From contig CAYOAZ010000071.1 of NCBI GenBank assembly GCA_964402285.1, positions 29,209 through 93,208 on the forward strand: a DNA stretch of 64,000 bases, given 5' to 3'. This document shows, one piece after another, positions 59,931-64,000 of this stretch. The stretch is from an uncultured Anaerolineae bacterium (lineage in GTDB: Bacteria; Chloroflexota; Anaerolineae; JAADDB01). Position numbers and translations under genes: made by a program. The stretch's first letter is position 1, and the number at the start of each line of letters is the position of its first letter. A model generated the notes under the pieces. That model ran no database searches, was not told where the DNA came from, and saw only the letters and a list, made by a program, of their open reading frames with translations.

Positions 59931-62733
59931 AACGTACGTGGTTTGGTCTTTTGCTATAGTGATATTCCTGGTCGCTATTTGGGGTGCCTTTTGGGGACAA
60001 ACGTACGCGGGACCATCCGGTCCCCAGCCAGAGTCGTTGGTGAATCCCAAGTACGATGCCCGGAGTCCGATGAAACCGGGCATCTACGTGTGGGGGATGT
60101 CCGATACCCGTTACCTGCTGCCTGAGAGCGATCCGCGCAACGCCCAACTTGGGGACACACTCCCCATCCAGGGGCACATCATTGCCTTCGGGTGGGATGA
60201 GTTAATAGATGTGGACAGTAACGGCAACTACATCGATAACACCAGCATTGTTGAACGGCGCTTGCAGGAGATATGCTACCGCCATGAGAACAGCAACCAG
60301 GTGCCAGTGTACGACCGTTGGGCCGCGTTCTACGTGATGCCTTACACCGGCACACCCATTGGCGGTCGGAAAATTCGCATCCCAGAGTACATGTACGACC
60401 CGTCCCATCCGGGATATGCCGCGCGCGGCAACCGGGACGATGCGATTGTGGTCGCGTCCAACGGCACCTATGTGCCCAAGTACTGGACCGATTACTTCAT
60501 CCACGAGTACGAGAAGTTGATTATCCGATTAGGGCGCCGGTTAACCCGGCCTGACGCGTATGAGAAATGGCGCAATTGCATCGCGTTCATCGCCATTGGT
60601 ACGGGCCGCGATGGTGAGACATGGCCTGTAGGCCTCGCGGAAGGCCCGGAGCGCACCGCGTTGGTGAACGCGGGTTTGGACAGCGGCCTGTGGATCAACT
60701 ACGTGCGCCGGGTAACCGACGCGTACGTGGACCAGTTCCGCAAGTGCAATGACAACGAGCAACTGTGCTATCCCCTCATGCTTCAGGCCGCGCCCACCTT
60801 CAAGAACTCTTACGAGCGCAAAGCGTTCATTGATTACGGGTCCCAGTTCGGCGTGGGGGATTCTGTGAACGGCCTCTACCCCCAACAGGTGGGTTCTTAC
60901 TACGGAGACGGCACGGGCATGTATGAGCCCATGCTGGACCACCCGGACGTTCCCCTGGCTTTTGAGGGCTATGAATACCACGTGTCCAACCCACCCATCG
61001 GGTGTAAGGAGGACAAGAACCTCTACTGGGCCCTTATCAACAGTTTGGACAAGCATGTGGACTTCCTGCGCCTTCAGGTGGACCTTTTCTTCAACGAGGA
61101 TCCCCAGGCGGCCTCCATTGGTCCCTGGTATCGTCCTCCGGCCAAACCGTGGCCTTGCCCCTACGGGTTCTGCCAGTTCCGCGAGGGCGAGGTGAAAGAA
61201 GAGAACATGCAGATGATGCGCTGGGTGAACAGGTACCTGGGTGCGACTGTGGACACCACCCCCAGCGTGTGGTCAGTCATGCGGGATTACCGGGTGCCCT
61301 GGTCCACCTGCTGGAAGATCAACACATCCAACGTGGGCTTTGAGCCGGGGAACTTCGATTTCTGGCTCTACCAGCGGGATGACCTGCCGGGCGGTCGTAC
61401 AGTGCCCGAGACCAATGAGGAATACAACTTTGGCGGTTTGCGCATCATCCAGATTGGCGAGAACTTCTCGCCTTATAACCCGGATCTCCCTCCGGACCTC
61501 AAGGAGGCCTGGTACATTCGTCGTACAGACCAATCCACCGGCAATCCGTACATGTTCTTTGATGTGGAAGACGAATACCTCTTTGGTCGGTCCACGACGA
61601 TTACAGTGACCATCACCTACGTGGACATGTTCACCGACACCTTCAGCCTTCACTACGAGGACATAAACGGTGAGGACAAAGCCGCGGTGGTCCACGCGGT
61701 GTACCAGATCCCGAACATCTACGCGCCGGCTGACGAGCGCACAGAGATCGCCATTCCGGCCGGTGCCACCGCGATCACCAAAGAGGGGACCAAGACCTTG
61801 CGGCAGGCGGTCTTTGTCCTCACTGATGCTCGGTTCCGCAACAACCTGCCCTTGGGTACAGGCGGCGCGGACTTCTACATCGATTCCAACGGGGACGGAG
61901 ACGAGTGGATCCACATGGCCGAAGTGCAGGTGGACCGCGCGCACATCATCCCAGAACCGTCTCCCACTCCCACACCAACGTGGACACCCACCCCCTCTCC
62001 CACACCGACAGCCACGCCCACACCGACCACGGCTCGGATTGAGGGCACCGTGTGGGAAGACCAGAACCGGAACTACATCAAAGATGCGGGTGAACCGGGC
62101 GTGCCCGATGCAGTGCTGGAACTGCACGATCCGGTGTCCATGTCCCTGCTCTACACGACCACGACCAACACAGAGGGGCAGTACGCCTTTGCGGCTGTGG
62201 AACCGGGGAGTTACAAACTGGTGATTGTCCCACCGCCTTATTACAGCGCGCCCGAGCCCTTTAACCAGCCCGTGGACATCGGTCCTTTGCAGGCGGGTCA
62301 GACCTATTCAGACATCAACTTCCCACTGGTGCGGGAACCTACTCCCACACCAACGCCGTCGCCTACCCCAACGGTGACACCGACGCCCACGCCCGCGGTC
62401 ATTGAGGGCCGGGTCTTTGTCGACGCGAACAGCAACGGGCAGTACGACCAGGGTGAGGTGGGTATTGCCAACATCGAAATCTCCCTGGTGCCCTTGGAGG
62501 GGAACACGTTAACCAATGTGACCATTACAGCGACAACAGACGCGCAGGGGATGTTCACGTTCGTGAACGTGGAAGACGGCACATATCACGTCATCCAATC
62601 CCGTATCCAGGGGTATATCCCGCGGGATGGATATGTGCGGACCTTGACTGTGCAGCGAGGTGAGACGTACAACGTCACCTTCCCCAATCGGGGGATTGTT
62701 CAGTACATCTACATTCCCTACGCTGTACGTTAA
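59923..62733 (+). CDS. Large secreted protein: N-terminal approx 640-aa domain of unknown function followed by two PT-linker-separated Cna-B/SdrD-B-like beta-sandwich repeats
   Basis: Signal/anchor VVWSFAIVIFLVAIWGAF; PTPTPSPTPT linkers; two repeats of IEG(T/R)V(W/F)xDxNxNG...G(V/I)...L...TDxxGxYxF (SdrD-B/Cna-B-like). The N-domain is paralogous to the next gene. Start at MRKTYVV overlapping the GT4 stop. Confidence 0.6.
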   Translation: MRKTYVVWSFAIVIFLVAIWGAFWGQTYAGPSGPQPESLVNPKYDARSPMKPGIYVWGMSDTRYLLPESDPRNAQLGDTLPIQGHIIAFGWDELIDVDSNGNYIDNTSIVERRLQEICYRHENSNQVPVYDRWAAFYVMPYTGTPIGGRKIRIPEYMYDPSHPGYAARGNRDDAIVVASNGTYVPKYWTDYFIHEYEKLIIRLGRRLTRPDAYEKWRNCIAFIAIGTGRDGETWPVGLAEGPERTALVNAGLDSGLWINYVRRVTDAYVDQFRKCNDNEQLCYPLMLQAAPTFKNSYERKAFIDYGSQFGVGDSVNGLYPQQVGSYYGDGTGMYEPMLDHPDVPLAFEGYEYHVSNPPIGCKEDKNLYWALINSLDKHVDFLRLQVDLFFNEDPQAASIGPWYRPPAKPWPCPYGFCQFREGEVKEENMQMMRWVNRYLGATVDTTPSVWSVMRDYRVPWSTCWKINTSNVGFEPGNFDFWLYQRDDLPGGRTVPETNEEYNFGGLRIIQIGENFSPYNPDLPPDLKEAWYIRRTDQSTGNPYMFFDVEDEYLFGRSTTITVTITYVDMFTDTFSLHYEDINGEDKAAVVHAVYQIPNIYAPADERTEIAIPAGATAITKEGTKTLRQAVFVLTDARFRNNLPLGTGGADFYIDSNGDGDEWIHMAEVQVDRAHIIPEPSPTPTPTWTPTPSPTPTATPTPTTARIEGTVWEDQNRNYIKDAGEPGVPDAVLELHDPVSMSLLYTTTTNTEGQYAFAAVEPGSYKLVIVPPPYYSAPEPFNQPVDIGPLQAGQTYSDINFPLVREPTPTPTPSPTPTVTPTPTPAVIEGRVFVDANSNGQYDQGEVGIANIEISLVPLEGNTLTNVTITATTDAQGMFTFVNVEDGTYHVIQSRIQGYIPRDGYVRTLTVQRGETYNVTFPNRGIVQYIYIPYAVR

Positions 62734-62802
62734 GCAGAACGTAGAACGCCAATCCGGGGAGGAGGTCACCTCCTCCCCCCACACTCCTGGAGGTGGCAAC
62801 TG

Positions 62803-64000
62803 ATGACATCGAGGAAGCGAATCCTACTTCTTACACTCTTGCTGGCCGTATCACTCATCAGCGCGTCCTTCGCACTCGCGGGGTCGGAACCTCCTGCTCC
62901 GCAGGCGGTTCAAGTACCCCTGACACCGCAAGTGCGCTACCCCGGCATTTACCTGACGGGCATTTACGCCACGTCCGGTGGCATGGCGGACTTTGTAGCC
63001 AACCTGACCCAGGAACGGTTAGACGAATTTGGCGTTGAAGGGGTTCTCCTGACCACAAACTGGGCGTACATCGAGGACCAGGAGCCTCTGCTCGAAGGCG
63101 GGGCGAACGGCCACTGGGCGAACATGGACACCGCGTTCGCCTGGACCGGCGCGCGCAGCCGGGTGTTAGGGTTCCTCATCAACACGTACAGCAGCGCCAA
63201 GGGCATTGTTGGGGCCATGCCCACCTATTTGTGGGATCCGACAAACCCCAATTACGTGCCCGGCGCAATTGTGAAGACCGACCTGGACGGGTGTGAGGAC
63301 GACACCGGCTACCATTACGATAGCCCGAATTGCGCGTTCCCCCGCTACTGGAGCGATGAGTACCTCACCGCGTACCATCGTTTTGTGCGGGAACTGGGCC
63401 GACGGTACGGGAACGATCCCCGCCTGGAGTTCATTGCCATTGGCATTGGGCGGGACGGCGAGAACTACCCGGTGGACTACAGCAACACCGACGTCAAACA
63501 GAAGTTCTTCGAGGAAATTCGTCACGACCTGGCGACAAAAGACCTCTTCTGCGAGGATGATCCCACGCCGTGTACTGATCCGCTGACCGTGTGGATCGCC
63601 TATGTGAACGACCTTGTTGACGTGTACCACGAGGCGTTCCCCAACAAGACCATTCTCGTTCAGTTGGCCGGGTCCATCTTCGTCACCCTGGACGACAAAT
63701 CCACGGAAAAACAGCGTATTTTGGACCACGCGAACGAGAAAGGGGTAGGCCAGTCGGTGAACAACATGTACCCCAACTGGCTTTGGGCCTACATGCCCAA
63801 GCGCACAGGGTTCTTCGACCACCTGCCCTTCCACGGGTATGACTTTGCCCACACCGCGACCAAGGGTAACCCCGCCCACAATTATCCGGTGGCCATGGAG
63901 GGGTATTACAAGTGGGTGGGGTGTGAGAAGGAAACTGACCACCCCTACGGCAATATCCAGGTATACTGGTCCCTGTTGAGCGCGTTGAGCAAACACGCGG
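62803..64000 (+). CDS. Secreted protein paralogous to the N-terminal domain of the upstream gene (partial, continues past the window end)
   Basis: Signal peptide MTSRKRILLLTLLLAVSLISASFALA; shared blocks IAIGIGRDGENYPV and VYWSLLSALSKH, versus IAIGTGRDGETWPV and LYWALINSLDKH upstream. AGGTGG RBS. Absent from the ORF track because it has no in-window stop. Confidence 0.55.
   Translation, partial: MTSRKRILLLTLLLAVSLISASFALAGSEPPAPQAVQVPLTPQVRYPGIYLTGIYATSGGMADFVANLTQERLDEFGVEGVLLTTNWAYIEDQEPLLEGGANGHWANMDTAFAWTGARSRVLGFLINTYSSAKGIVGAMPTYLWDPTNPNYVPGAIVKTDLDGCEDDTGYHYDSPNCAFPRYWSDEYLTAYHRFVRELGRRYGNDPRLEFIAIGIGRDGENYPVDYSNTDVKQKFFEEIRHDLATKDLFCEDDPTPCTDPLTVWIAYVNDLVDVYHEAFPNKTILVQLAGSIFVTLDDKSTEKQRILDHANEKGVGQSVNNMYPNWLWAYMPKRTGFFDHLPFHGYDFAHTATKGNPAHNYPVAMEGYYKWVGCEKETDHPYGNIQVYWSLLSALSKHA

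Noticed and set aside
63166-63996. 276-aa minus-strand ORF
   Set aside because: It is antisense to the secreted-protein paralogue and is a shadow ORF.

Overview
This is a high-GC (about 60%+) bacterial chromosomal window, tightly packed with genes on both strands. Its gene content looks like a thermophilic Chloroflexota-type organism, but that is a guess from content rather than something verified. Recognisable housekeeping blocks are: a complete F1Fo ATP synthase operon (atpZ-like, B, E, F, H, A, G, D, C) with a promoter-like site and an intrinsic terminator; an arginine biosynthesis cluster (argC, argB, argD and a short ArgA-like GNAT) on the minus strand; an ECF-type transporter (fused EcfA1A2, a candidate S component, EcfT); mreB; rpsA with a DksA/TraR zinc-finger gene; sbcC plus an RsmB/F-like RNA methyltransferase; queG downstream of a GT2, methyltransferase and GT39 operon; rplI; and a glycogen/glucan block (glgC, a glgD-like paralogue, GH57, GT4) ending in two large paralogous secreted proteins. 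No rRNA genes, tRNA genes or CRISPR arrays were found. The stand-out locus is at 1854-3980 on the minus strand. It is a two-gene operon encoding an HD-domain phosphohydrolase followed by a single polypeptide that fuses a DarT-like DNA ADP-ribosyltransferase domain to a DarG-type macrodomain. It has its own palindromic upstream region and no separate antitoxin gene. To my knowledge this arrangement is not a described system. Other items worth a second look are: a membrane-anchored tandem-HKD PLD (Nuc-like) protein with a C-terminal OB-like domain flanked by two unknowns; a ComEA, exosortase, EpsI trio with no PEP-CTERM substrate nearby; an MreB-adjacent protein with a PcrA-like Tudor domain; terminator-bearing structured leaders upstream of argC and rpsA; and a roughly 490-nt GC-rich structured noncoding region upstream of rplI. 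Many long antisense or out-of-frame ORFs in the supplied track are high-GC shadow ORFs and were not called. Coordinates were derived by hand from the ORF track and the sequence and may be off by a few nucleotides.
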